Below, in pieces: positions 19,623 to 28,010 of a DNA stretch of 64,000 nucleotides. Under the pieces are notes generated by a model. It was not told where the DNA came from. It saw nothing but the letters and a program-made list of their open reading frames with translations, and ran no database searches. Every line of letters begins with the position of its first letter. Positions within the stretch are counted from its first letter, which is position 1. Made by a program: the position numbers and the translations under genes. The stretch spans positions 506 to 64,505 of the forward strand of contig JAFMFD010000008.1 of NCBI GenBank assembly GCA_017856385.1, given 5' to 3'. This DNA comes from Actinomycetota bacterium (GTDB lineage Bacteria > Actinomycetota > Actinomycetes > S36-B12).

Positions 19623-19704
19623 GCCCTGCGACATCTGGGCGAAACATTCGCCGGGCAGGATGCGGCAGCCCGCGTTCCCTGCTCCGTGATGCCGGAGGAC
19701 TCCC

Positions 19705-21006
19705 ATGGACTCGATCAACGCTGCCGACACTGCATGGCTGATGGTGTGCTCGGCGCTCGTGCTGCTCATGACGCCCGGCCTCGCGATGCTCTACGGCGGG
19801 ATGGTCCGGGCGAAGAGTGCGCTCAACATGATCCTGATGAGCTTCTCGGCGCTGGCGGTCGTGACGCTCACCTGGATCATGCTGGGCTACTCGCTGGCGT
19901 TCGGTGCGAGCACCTGGGGGATCGTCGGAGACCTCCGCCAGATCGGTCTGGTCGACATGCTCGACCAGACCTATGGCGCAGAGGGTCACAAGGTGCCGAT
20001 GGTCGTCTTCGTCATGTTCCAGCTCACGTTTGCCGTGCTGACGACGTCGCTGCTGTCCGGTGCTATCGCCGATCGGGCGAAGTTCGGCGCGTGGATCGTC
20101 TTCACGATCGTGTGGAGCCTGATCGTGTACGCCCCCATCGCCCACTGGGCGTGGGGCTTCCAGGACGGGCAGGGCGGGTGGATCGGCGATCGGCTGGGGG
20201 CGCTCGACTTCGCCGGGGGGACGGTCGTCGAGATCAACTCGGGGGCCTCGGCCCTGGCCCTCGCCCTCGTGCTGGGCCGGCGGATCGGCTTCCGTCGCGA
20301 TCCCATGCGTCCGCACAGCCTGCCGCTCGTCCTCCTCGGCGCGGGGCTGCTGTGGTTCGGCTGGCTGGGCTTCAATGCCGGCTCCGCCCTCGCGGCCGAT
20401 GGCACGGCCGCGCTTGCGCTGATCAACACCCAGGTCGCCGGTGCCGGTGCGGTGCTCGCGTGGCTGGTGTTCGAGAGGATCCGCGACGGCAAGGCGACGA
20501 CCTTCGGTGCGGCCACCGGTGCCATCGCCGGACTCGTCGCCATCACGCCGGCGTGCGGCTTCGTGACCCCGCTGGGCGCCCTGGCGATCGGAGTTCTTGC
20601 CGGTGTCGTGTGTGCGTGGGCGGTCGGCCTGAAGTACCGGATGGGCTTCGATGACTCGCTCGACGTCGTGGGCGTCCATGGCTTCGGCGGAGTGGTGGGC
20701 ATGCTGGGCATCGGGCTCTTCGCGGCGACGGTCGCGAATGCTGCGGGTGCGGACGGCCTGCTGTTCGGCGGTGGCTTCGAACTGCTGGGCAAGCAGGTGA
20801 TCGCGATCCTCGGGACGGCGGCATTCGCCTTCGCGATGACGTGGGTGATCGCGACGATCATCGATCGCACGATGGGCTTCCGCGTCTCGGCCGATGACGA
20901 GGTTGCGGGCGTGGACACGACCCAGCACGCGGAGAGCGCCTACGACCTCGCAGGTGTCTCCGGAGGCAGCGTCCTCGGTGCCCATCCCGTGACCGGGCAG
21001 CGCTGA
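19705..21006 (+). CDS. amt: ammonium transporter
   Basis: Amt signature DTAWLMVCSALVLLMTPGLAMLYGGMVR and about 11 TM segments. No glnK follows. Confidence 0.9.
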   Translation: MDSINAADTAWLMVCSALVLLMTPGLAMLYGGMVRAKSALNMILMSFSALAVVTLTWIMLGYSLAFGASTWGIVGDLRQIGLVDMLDQTYGAEGHKVPMVVFVMFQLTFAVLTTSLLSGAIADRAKFGAWIVFTIVWSLIVYAPIAHWAWGFQDGQGGWIGDRLGALDFAGGTVVEINSGASALALALVLGRRIGFRRDPMRPHSLPLVLLGAGLLWFGWLGFNAGSALAADGTAALALINTQVAGAGAVLAWLVFERIRDGKATTFGAATGAIAGLVAITPACGFVTPLGALAIGVLAGVVCAWAVGLKYRMGFDDSLDVVGVHGFGGVVGMLGIGLFAATVANAAGADGLLFGGGFELLGKQVIAILGTAAFAFAMTWVIATIIDRTMGFRVSADDEVAGVDTTQHAESAYDLAGVSGGSVLGAHPVTGQR

Positions 21007-21038
21007 GCGAGCCGCTGGCCCTGCGTCATGCTGGGTGC

Positions 21039-21467
21039 ATGGACGATGACCTCGAGGTGCGACCGGGCATCGTCATTCCCGCCCACGAGCTGCAGTGGCG
21101 GTTCAGCCGGGCCGGTGGTCCCGGCGGACAGGGCGTCAACACCACCGATTCCCGGGTGCAGTTGACCTTCGACGTGGCGAGGACCGCGAGCCTGGCCGAG
21201 CCGGTCCGGCAGCGTGCCCTCCGCCGCCTGGAGTGGCGTCTGGTGGACGGCTGCCTGACCGTGACGTCCTCGGAGAGCCGCTCCCAGTGGCAGAACCGGC
21301 GGATGGCACTGCGGCGCATGGCCGAGATCCTGGCGGCGGCCACGGCCCCGGCCCCCCGTCCGCGGCAGGCCACCCGGCCGACGCGGGCATCCCAGGAGCG
21401 GCGCCTGCGCGAGAAGCGCAGCCGCGGCCAGACCAAGCGCCTGCGTGGCTCCACCGCTGACGAGTGA
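21039..21467 (+). CDS. arfB: alternative ribosome-rescue factor ArfB (peptidyl-tRNA hydrolase, RF-1 domain)
   Basis: GGQ motif (SRAGGPGGQGVNTTDSRV) and a basic C-terminal tail (RRLREKRSRGQTKRLR). Confidence 0.85.
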   Translation: MDDDLEVRPGIVIPAHELQWRFSRAGGPGGQGVNTTDSRVQLTFDVARTASLAEPVRQRALRRLEWRLVDGCLTVTSSESRSQWQNRRMALRRMAEILAAATAPAPRPRQATRPTRASQERRLREKRSRGQTKRLRGSTADE

Positions 21468-21523
21468 AGCGACGTGGATTTGGCCGAGCCAGTGGCCCTG
21501 CGTATAGTGAGGGAGCACGTCGA

Positions 21524-21600
21524 CGCGGGGTGGAGCAGCTCGGTAGCTCGCTGGGCTCATAACCCAGAGGTCCCAGGTTCAAATCCTGGCCCCGCTACCA
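21524..21600 (+). tRNA. initiator tRNA-fMet (anticodon CAT), CCA encoded
   Basis: CGCGGGGTGGAGCAGCTCGGTAGCTCGCTGGGCTCATAACCCAGAGGTCCCAGGTTCAAATCCTGGCCCCGCTACCA. Near-identical to the bacterial initiator consensus, with a C1:U72 mismatch and three G-C pairs in the anticodon stem. Anticodon at 21558-21560. Confidence 0.95.
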
Positions 21601-21677
21601 AATTCGGCCATGCCGATGAATTCAGGGCCCCTCTCGTAGGGGCCCTGAATTGTTTCTCCTGTCATATGGATCAACGA
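21584..21677 (+). repeat. direct repeat copy 1: last 17 nt of tRNA-fMet plus about 77 nt of downstream flank
   Basis: Matches 22728-22820. TCCTGGCCCCGCTACCA is identical, and the flank (including the terminator hairpin and ATG(G)ATCAACG) is roughly 85% identical by eye. Confidence 0.8.
21619..21657 (+). terminator. intrinsic terminator downstream of tRNA-fMet
   Basis: Perfect 14-bp stem AATTCAGGGCCCCT / AGGGGCCCTGAATT, 5-nt loop, then GTTTCT. Confidence 0.7.
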
Positions 21678-21855
21678 CTCGCGTTGGGCCGGTACCTCCA
21701 AACTTGCGGCTGCCCTGGGACTCCCTGGGATGCGCAGCCAACCGGTATCGATGAACAAGGTGGGGGTACTGCCGGGCCGTCACCGGCGGTGGGATGGGAC
21801 GCGGTTCTGGCCACCGGCAATGCAGCGGTTGCCGCCGGAGCAACAGGCGTGACAG

Positions 21856-21878
21856 ATAGTAACGCGATGCGTTACTAT
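21856..21878 (+). promoter_or_regulatory. putative HigA operator (perfect inverted repeat)
   Basis: ATAGTAACGC-gat-GCGTTACTAT, 4-7 nt upstream of the candidate higB GTG starts. Confidence 0.5.
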
Positions 21879-21884
21879 TCGGTG

Positions 21885-22163
21885 GTGATCGTCTCCTTCT
21901 TCGACAAGGAAACCGAGCGCTTGGCCGCGGGGTATCGGGTCCGGAGATTCGTGGCAATCGAGATGGTCGCCCGGCGCAAGTTGCGGCAGCTGGAGATCGC
22001 TGGTCGCCTCGAGGATCTGCGGGTTCCTCCTGGTAATCGTCTGGAGGCTTTGAAGGGGAATCGGAAGGGTCAGATGAGCATCCGTGTCAATGATCAGTGG
22101 CGAGTGTGCTTTCGATGGACGGATGCGGGGCCGGCCGATGTCGAGATCGTGGATTACCACTAG
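21885..22163 (+). CDS. higB: HigB-type toxin (RelE/ParE superfamily, plasmid-maintenance killer family)
   Basis: (M)IVSFFDKETERLAAG...LRVPPGNRLEALKGNRKGQMSIRVNDQWRVCFRW...VEIVDYH matches the HigB family pattern. Start GTG 21885 (GTG 21882 and ATG 21867 are possible). Confidence 0.85.
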   Translation: MIVSFFDKETERLAAGYRVRRFVAIEMVARRKLRQLEIAGRLEDLRVPPGNRLEALKGNRKGQMSIRVNDQWRVCFRWTDAGPADVEIVDYH

Positions 22164-22180
22164 GAGAAGGGAGGCTGGTC

Positions 22181-22489
22181 ATGGCGAAGAGTGCGGTGCT
22201 TGATCCGGTGAGTCCGGGGGAGTTGCTCTGGGAGGAGTTCATGTCACCCATGGGCCTGTCCCGATACCGCCTAGCGAAGGAGATCGGCGTACCTGCTCAG
22301 AGGATCGGTGACGTCGTGAACGGAAAGCGGTCGATCACCGCTGACACTGACCTGCGCTTGTGCCGCTTCTTCGGCCTCTCCGACGGCTACTGGCTGCGTG
22401 CTCAGGCAGCCTTCGACATCGAAGTCGCTCAGCGCGAGCTTGCCGCTGAGCTCAAGAAGATCAAGCCATGGTCAGGTCACGCCGCCTGA
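22181..22489 (+). CDS. higA: HigA-type antitoxin (XRE HTH)
   Basis: ATG 22181 after GGAGAAGGGAGG. HTH LSRYRLAKEIGVPAQRIGDVVNGKRSITADTDLRLCRFFG. Confidence 0.85.
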   Translation: MAKSAVLDPVSPGELLWEEFMSPMGLSRYRLAKEIGVPAQRIGDVVNGKRSITADTDLRLCRFFGLSDGYWLRAQAAFDIEVAQRELAAELKKIKPWSGHAA

Positions 22490-22618
22490 ACGTGGGTTTG
22501 TGGACAGGGTGGGTGCAAGCGATGCACCCCCAGGGTGTGCACGAGGGGGTGCAGAAGTGGCGTTTCGTGAGGGGATCTCGTGGGGCATGCAACCCGTTGG
22601 TCGCGCCCTGCCAGTTTC

Positions 22619-22630
22619 GCCCCGCTACCA
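22619..22630 (+). repeat. third copy of the tRNA acceptor 3' end (GCCCCGCTACCA)
   Basis: Exact 12-nt match to 21589-21600, directly followed by its own terminator. Confidence 0.6.
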
Positions 22631-22638
22631 AAGGAAGA

Positions 22639-22671
22639 AACCCAGGGTTCATCCCCTGGGTTGTTTCTTTT
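22639..22671 (+). terminator. intrinsic terminator after the orphan tRNA-3' fragment
   Basis: Stem AACCCAGGG / CCCTGGGTT, 6-nt loop, then GTTTCTTTT. Confidence 0.65.
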
Positions 22672-22727
22672 GGTTTCGAGTGCGCGTCGGGATTTGGGAG
22701 GAAGGTCACCGGAGGTGACCTGACGGT

Positions 22728-22820
22728 TCCTGGCCCCGCTACCAATGTCGGCCATGCCGATGAACTCAGGGTCCCTCTTGTAGGGGCATTGAGTTCTTTC
22801 TTCTTCCTCGATGATCAACG
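22728..22820 (+). repeat. direct repeat copy 2 (decayed tRNA 3' end plus flank)
   Basis: See copy 1. The hairpin here carries 3 stem mismatches (CTCAGGGTCCCT / AGGGGCATTGAG). Confidence 0.8.
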
Positions 22821-23035
22821 GTACGACGTGGCCCTATACCTCGCATTCACGCCTCTCGCGCGGACGTGTCCCGGTCTTCGCCATCCGGCCGGCGGCGATT
22901 ACCCCTATCCCGGCCGACGTTCTTGCTCGCCTCAGCGTCCAGCAGTTGCGTGCCCTCACCCCTGCGCAGGTCCGGGCGATGACTTCGGAACAGCTCGCGG
23001 CACTGAGCCCTCGGCAGCGCAATGCACTGAACTGA
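22811..23035 (+). CDS. hypothetical 74-aa protein (weak call)
   Basis: ATG lies inside the repeated flank. GC3 is only about 75% against over 90% in neighbouring genes. Repetitive LxxxQ-type C-terminus. May be non-coding. Confidence 0.3.
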   Translation: MINGTTWPYTSHSRLSRGRVPVFAIRPAAITPIPADVLARLSVQQLRALTPAQVRAMTSEQLAALSPRQRNALN

Positions 23036-23077
23036 GTGCACGAAGGAGCCTGATCCACCGGCGGGTAGTCTGCTGAG

Positions 23078-23980
23078 GTGACTCCGCCTGTGCTGCGCGT
23101 GCGAGGTGCGGATCGCTCGATCGACACCACGCTCATCATGGGCGTGGTGAACGCGAGCCCCGAGTCCTTCTCGGACGCTGGTCGCTACACGACCCTGCAG
23201 TCCCGCCTCGACCTCGCTGCCTCGCTGGTGCAGGAGGGTGCCGACATCATCGACGTCGGCGGGGAGTCCGCCATCACGGGAGTGCCCGAGCTCGATGCGG
23301 CAGAGGAGATCGAGCGCGTCGTCCCCATCGTCGAGTGGATCCGTGCGAAGCATCCGGACGTGCTGGTGAGCGTCGATACCTACAAGCCCCCGGTCGTCGA
23401 GGCTGTGCTGCGCGCAGGCGCCGACATCATCAACGACGTCAGCGGCCTTCGTCACCCCGAGATCGCCGGGATGTGCTCGCAGGCCGGCGCGGCCCTGGTC
23501 CTGATGCACACGGCCGCACCGCCGAAGGTGAGGATGCAGGACCCGGATCTCTACGTCGACGTCGCGGCGCAGGTCCGGGACTTCCTCGTGGCGAAGACGG
23601 AGGAGGCGATCGGCCTCGGGCTCGTACCGGAGTCGCTCATCCTCGACCCGGGCCCGGACTTCGCGAAGACCCCGCACCAGACCCTGGCGCTCCTGCGCGA
23701 GTTCGACCTGGTGCGCGCACTCGGACGACCTGTACTGCTGGCCCTGTCGCGCAAGGACTTCCTGGGAGCCATCACCCACCGCTCACCCCGCGCCCGGGGC
23801 GCGGCCACCGACGCGGCCATCGCGCACTTCGCCGCGACACCCGGGAGCATCGTCCGAGTGCACGACGTCGCAGCCGCCGTCGACGTCATCGCCACGGTGG
23901 AGGCCCTGGTCGGCCGGCGCGAGATCCCGGTGGACTACGTGCTGCCGGACGAGATCCGACATGAGCCCCGGACAACCTGA
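23078..23980 (+). CDS. folP: dihydropteroate synthase
   Basis: Pterin-binding motifs IMGVVNASPESFSDAG, DIIDVGGES, VSVDTYKP, IINDVSG. Pairing with gpgS as in mycobacterial folP2-gpgS. Confidence 0.85.
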   Translation: MTPPVLRVRGADRSIDTTLIMGVVNASPESFSDAGRYTTLQSRLDLAASLVQEGADIIDVGGESAITGVPELDAAEEIERVVPIVEWIRAKHPDVLVSVDTYKPPVVEAVLRAGADIINDVSGLRHPEIAGMCSQAGAALVLMHTAAPPKVRMQDPDLYVDVAAQVRDFLVAKTEEAIGLGLVPESLILDPGPDFAKTPHQTLALLREFDLVRALGRPVLLALSRKDFLGAITHRSPRARGAATDAAIAHFAATPGSIVRVHDVAAAVDVIATVEALVGRREIPVDYVLPDEIRHEPRTT

Positions 23981-24902
23981 GGTCTCGGGCCTGCGGACGA
24001 GTTCAGCCGCGGACTGGCCGCTGGACCTGCTGCTCGACCTGAAGGGCGCGCACCGGATCGCCGTCGTCATCCCCGCCCGGAACGAGGAGGCGACCATCGG
24101 CGGTGTCGCCCGCGCCATCGTCAGCGACCTCGACCGCCTGGTCGACGAGGTCGTCGTCATCGACTCCCTCTCCACGGACGGCACCGCACAGGCGGCATCG
24201 GACGCCGGGGCGCGCGTGCACTCCGTGGCGGACATCCGCCCGGACCTCGGCATCCGCGGGGGCAAGGGCGAGGCCCTGTGGAAGTCGCAGTTCGTCACCG
24301 ACTCCGACCTCATCGCCTTCATCGACGCCGACCTGACCGAGTGGGGCACGCACTTTGTCCGGGGCGTCCTCGGCCCGCTCCTGGCCGATCCTCAGGTGCA
24401 GCTGTGCCGCGGGTTCTACGACCGGATCCTCGACGCCGGCGGCGTGGTCACGCTCGAAGGCGGTCGGGTGACCGAGCTCGTCGCCCGACCTTGGCTGGCC
24501 CTGCACCGCCCCGAGCTCGTCGGGATGATCCAGCCCCTCGCCGGGGAGTGGGCGATCCGCCGGTCCATGCTCGCGGCGCTGTCGATCCCGACCGGATACG
24601 GCGTGGAGATGTCGACGCTCCTGGACGTCCACGAGCGGCACGGCGTGCGCGGCATCGCCCAGGTAGATCTCGGCCGGCGCGCGCACCTGCACCAGAACAT
24701 CCTCGACCTCGCCGCCATGGCCGTCGAGATCCTGGCCGTCGCCGACCGCCGTCGCGGCCTGCCCGGCACCCCGGATGCGCAGACCGCGGACGGGGATGTG
24801 GCCGCCGGGGTGACCATCCGGCACGTCGACGCGAGCCGGGCGTGGACCGATCGCTATGTCAGCACCGACGAGCGACCGCCGTTCGCTCTCGTGGCGTCCT
24901 AG
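23961..24902 (+). CDS. gpgS: glucosyl-3-phosphoglycerate synthase (GT81)
   Basis: IAVVIPARNEEATIGGV, DSLSTDGT, GKGEALW, FIDADL. 20-nt overlap with folP. Confidence 0.8.
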   Translation: MSPGQPEVSGLRTSSAADWPLDLLLDLKGAHRIAVVIPARNEEATIGGVARAIVSDLDRLVDEVVVIDSLSTDGTAQAASDAGARVHSVADIRPDLGIRGGKGEALWKSQFVTDSDLIAFIDADLTEWGTHFVRGVLGPLLADPQVQLCRGFYDRILDAGGVVTLEGGRVTELVARPWLALHRPELVGMIQPLAGEWAIRRSMLAALSIPTGYGVEMSTLLDVHERHGVRGIAQVDLGRRAHLHQNILDLAAMAVEILAVADRRRGLPGTPDAQTADGDVAAGVTIRHVDASRAWTDRYVSTDERPPFALVAS

Positions 24903-25094
24903 CCCCACCTTCGTCTGCACGATGCGCCCATGTCTACGAGTCGTCGCTGAGGCTGCAGGGAAGTTTCGCGGTTCGCGAGCGCGGTCCTGCGCATGCCCAG
25001 TACCGTCAAAGGGAACCTTGTTCACCGGTTCGAGCCGTGGCAGACGTGGCCACGGTGCCCAGATCGCCCGTCGCCCTCGCCCCTTGGGAGAACC

Positions 25095-25592
25095 ATGAAG
25101 ATGGTTGTGAAGCACGCACTGGCCGCCGCGGGAGTGATCGTCATGTTGATGGCTGCGGCACCCGTGTCCAGTGCGGCCCCCCAGTCCGGGCGCGGGCATC
25201 TGGGAACGTGGGAGCTCGCCGCATGGACCGTCGATGGCACGACCATCGACTGCCCCGGCAAGCTCACCCTGCCGGCGCCCGCACCGGCCATCGAGTGCAA
25301 GGGCGGGGAGTTCCTGAAGCTCTCGAAGCGTTCGCGCTACTCGTCGAACCTCTCGGTCTTCGAGACCATGAGGCACCCGACGGGCGACTACCAGGTGGTG
25401 CGGCTGGCCAACAGCCCGACCAGGACGATCGTGTTCTACTCGGACTCCGCCCGTCGAGACCCCCGCGCCTACAACCTGCAGTTCAGCAAGGGCGAGGACG
25501 GTCGCGACCGCATGATCATCTCGCTGGAGTTCAGCGCAGGGGCCGGCAGGGACTCCTTCATCGAGATGGTCTTCGACCGGAGCGCCAACTGA
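25095..25592 (+). CDS. secreted hypothetical protein
   Basis: ATG 25095 after GGGAG. Signal peptide MKMVVKHALAAAGVIVMLMAAAPVSSAAP. Confidence 0.6.
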   Translation: MKMVVKHALAAAGVIVMLMAAAPVSSAAPQSGRGHLGTWELAAWTVDGTTIDCPGKLTLPAPAPAIECKGGEFLKLSKRSRYSSNLSVFETMRHPTGDYQVVRLANSPTRTIVFYSDSARRDPRAYNLQFSKGEDGRDRMIISLEFSAGAGRDSFIEMVFDRSAN

Positions 25593-25651
25593 GTCGGTGA
25601 CCTCGGCCGTCGCTGGCGCACGACGACGGCTGCTGCCCCTACGCTCTGACC

Positions 25652-26176
25652 GTGGCTGGCGAGTCCGCGCGGTGGCACCGCGCCCTGCGCGTGCTCATCG
25701 GGACCGCGATCACCGCGGCGGTGCTCGGCGTCATCGCCTACTTCGCGCAGCAGCCGTTCATGTTCCCCTCCGTGGGGCCGACCATCTTCATCCTGTTCTT
25801 CGCGACGATGAGCGCCCAGGCTGCACCGCGCAACGTGATCTTCGGGCAGGGCATCGGCATCGTGTGCGGCTACCTGAGCCTGATCCTGCTCGGCCTGACG
25901 GACGTGGCGCCCGACGTGGTCAACCCCAGCTCCCGGAGCATGATCTCCGCCCTGCTGGCACTCGCCCTCACCAGCTTCCTCATGGTCGGCCTCGGCGCGG
26001 TCCACAGCCCCGCTGCCGCGACGACCCTGATCATCGGTCTGGGCTTCATCCGCCTGCCGATCCACCTGGTCGTGCTCATGAGCGCCATCGTCACGGTGAT
26101 CGTGATCGCGTACCTGGTCAACCGTGCCTACGGCCTTCGACCACCGCTCTGGCGGCCGGTGACGCCTGCCGCGTGA
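25652..26176 (+). CDS. HPP-family membrane protein
   Basis: 4-5 TM helices. HPP-like motif AVHSPAAATTLIIGLG. Confidence 0.7.
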   Translation: MAGESARWHRALRVLIGTAITAAVLGVIAYFAQQPFMFPSVGPTIFILFFATMSAQAAPRNVIFGQGIGIVCGYLSLILLGLTDVAPDVVNPSSRSMISALLALALTSFLMVGLGAVHSPAAATTLIIGLGFIRLPIHLVVLMSAIVTVIVIAYLVNRAYGLRPPLWRPVTPAA

Positions 26177-26180
26177 CGGA

Positions 26181-26816
26181 TCACTCCGCCTGCGGCTCCG
26201 CCAGGCGCTCGCACGGCGACCAGTCCGCATCCGGGTAGGCGTCCTGCAGGCGTAGCTCGATGGCTGCGAGCTCGTTGGGCCGCAGGTCGACGAACATGCC
26301 GGAGAACGGCTCGGAGAAGAACTGCAGGGCGGCCATCATGGTCGCCGTCACCAGCAGAGTGCCGCCGACGGCCGCGATGAGGAGCACCCGGTTCCGGGCG
26401 AGGGCGAGGGTCTGGAGGAACACCAGGGCGAACACCCCGAGGAGGAGGATGATCCAGACCACCTGGGGAACGTCGTTGTTGGCGATGCGCAGGCGCTCCT
26501 GGCCGGACTTCATGGCCGACTCGAACTCCGCTCGCGCGGTCGACAGGGCGTTGTCCTCGCCCGCGTTGGCGGGGGTGAAGGAGTCCAAGAGCGCCCGAGT
26601 CCGTGCTGCCCAGGCATTGGCATTGTCATCGCCGGTGAGATCCACCGATGCCGTGGCGAGCCACGAGCCCTCGGCGTTCGCGCGCATGAGACAGATCAGG
26701 TTGCGTCGCGCGAGGTCGGCCTTGTCGGTCTGGAAGGCGGACGACGCATCGATCGCTGCCGCGAAGGCGATGGCCTCGGCCGTCGTGGTCTCGCGGGCCG
26801 CCTGGTAGTTATCCAC
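26181..26816 (-). CDS. membrane protein (DUF4239-like), N-terminus apparently disrupted
   Basis: 211-aa ORF with two C-terminal TM helices. An in-frame hydrophobic extension upstream lacks a start codon (see finding at 26814-26902). Confidence 0.65.
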   Translation of the reverse strand: MDNYQAARETTTAEAIAFAAAIDASSAFQTDKADLARRNLICLMRANAEGSWLATASVDLTGDDNANAWAARTRALLDSFTPANAGEDNALSTARAEFESAMKSGQERLRIANNDVPQVVWIILLLGVFALVFLQTLALARNRVLLIAAVGGTLLVTATMMAALQFFSEPFSGMFVDLRPNELAAIELRLQDAYPDADWSPCERLAEPQAE

Positions 26817-26952
26817 GGAGAACGCGACGAGTAGGCCGAGGATGATGGCGACGACGCCGACGACGAGGAGCGCGCCGACGATGGCGAGGATCTCGGGCCC
26901 ATCTCCTCCTCCGGTCAGGGCTCGAATCCTAGGGTCGGGCCGATCCGGCGCG

Positions 26953-27288
26953 TCAGGAGTCGATCGGCACCTGTATCGCGCTGATGTAGGCCATCGACGG
27001 CAGGTGCGCCTCCAGGAACTCCTTGTGCAGGGGGCTGGCGAGGTAGGACTCGAAGTCCGTCATCGACGCGAAGTCCATGACGACCATCCAGGTGGCCGAG
27101 ACCGGCGCCTGCGGCCGTCGGTTGAGGTCGCGGTGCAGGCTCGCCGCGAGGGAGTGCGGGTGCTCGTCGACGAGCTGCCGCAGCTGCTCCTCGAGGCCGG
27201 ACCTCGCAGTGTCACTCACGTCGGGATCGATGCGGATGTGGACGACGTGGCGCAGGGTCGCGGTCGTGGACGGTTCGGGGGAGGTCAT
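26953..27288 (-). CDS. Dabb-family stress-responsive A/B-barrel protein
   Basis: ATG 27288 inside ORF 26953..27708. LRHVVHIRIDPDVS...VVMDFASMTDFESYLASPLHKEF. Confidence 0.75.
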   Translation of the reverse strand: MTSPEPSTTATLRHVVHIRIDPDVSDTARSGLEEQLRQLVDEHPHSLAASLHRDLNRRPQAPVSATWMVVMDFASMTDFESYLASPLHKEFLEAHLPSMAYISAIQVPIDS

Positions 27289-27326
27289 GCCGGCATTGTG
27301 CCGTGCTGACGCCACACGTGCGGACG

Positions 27327-27854
27327 TCACAGGTACGGGCTGGCCTCCCGGCGCGGGGGCGGGACGTCCTCGGGCAGCGGAGGCATATCGCGGGCGCCGA
27401 GCGGCCCGAGCGGTAGCTCGGTCTGCTGGTACGCGTCCGTCTTCGACTCCTCGAACAGGGCACGGCCCCCGAGCGCCTCGACGATGCGGGGAGCGAAGGC
27501 GTCCGTCGCCGCCGCGACGTTCTGGCAGGCATAGACGAAGTTGGCCGGCGTGACGTCCTCGGCCCAGATCTCCGACTCGATGATCACCTGGCTGCCCACG
27601 TGGAAAGCGCGGGCGAAGTGGATGTGGGTGTTGATCTCGTTGAGCATGGTCAGCAGCTGCGGGCTCACCTGCAGGTCGGCGACGGCGACGCTGAACACCT
27701 GCACCCACGGGTTGACCGGGCCGACGACCCGGACGAAGAACTGCGCGCCGTGCAGGTGGACGGGCAGGTCGCCGTCCTGGTCCGGCTCGGGGCGCGTGCC
27801 CGTCATCCGCTCGATGAGCTCGCGCACGTACACGAAGGCGACGTCCTGGCGCAT
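27327..27854 (-). CDS. YbjN-like (type III secretion chaperone-like fold) protein
   Basis: ATG 27854 after GGGAGGGGGAGG. Family call from overall pattern, moderate confidence. Confidence 0.65.
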   Translation of the reverse strand: MRQDVAFVYVRELIERMTGTRPEPDQDGDLPVHLHGAQFFVRVVGPVNPWVQVFSVAVADLQVSPQLLTMLNEINTHIHFARAFHVGSQVIIESEIWAEDVTPANFVYACQNVAAATDAFAPRIVEALGGRALFEESKTDAYQQTELPLGPLGARDMPPLPEDVPPPRREASPYL

Positions 27855-28010
27855 GCCTCCCCCTCCCGGACTCCGGTCCTCCGACGGCACGCCCAGCCTA
27901 GAGCGCGGATCCGGACCCTCCGCGTCGTAGGTTTGATCCGGTGCCCCATGGGGTATCACCTCGGTGGTCGATCCCCGACCCATCCGCTCACGCGGCCTGA
28001 AGGAGCAGTC

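Larger units (their letters stand above)
21601..22727. mobile_element. integrase-less insertion remnant at the tRNA-fMet 3' end, cargo higBA
   Basis: Bounded by the duplicated tRNA 3' end and flank. Visibly lower GC than surroundings. Contains only a TA pair plus a third partial tRNA-3' fragment. Confidence 0.45.

Noticed and set aside
19623-19704. GlnR box upstream of amt
   Set aside because: A GAAAC half-site is present (GGGCGAAACATTCG), but the spacing to GCGAC is 8 rather than 6 nt and no second a/b site pair is visible. This is not enough to call.
21601-21855. Integrase or recombinase remnant between the tRNA and higB
   Set aside because: No frame gives a recognisable tyrosine or serine recombinase motif. 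The only open frame is the read-through of the tRNA (ORF 21474..22163) and has no coding signature.
22561-22630. A second complete tRNA gene ending at the orphan GCCCCGCTACCA
   Set aside because: The 5' sequence cannot form an acceptor stem with the 3' end (at best 4 bp), and the D and T arms are not recognisable. It is treated as a fragment or pseudogene.
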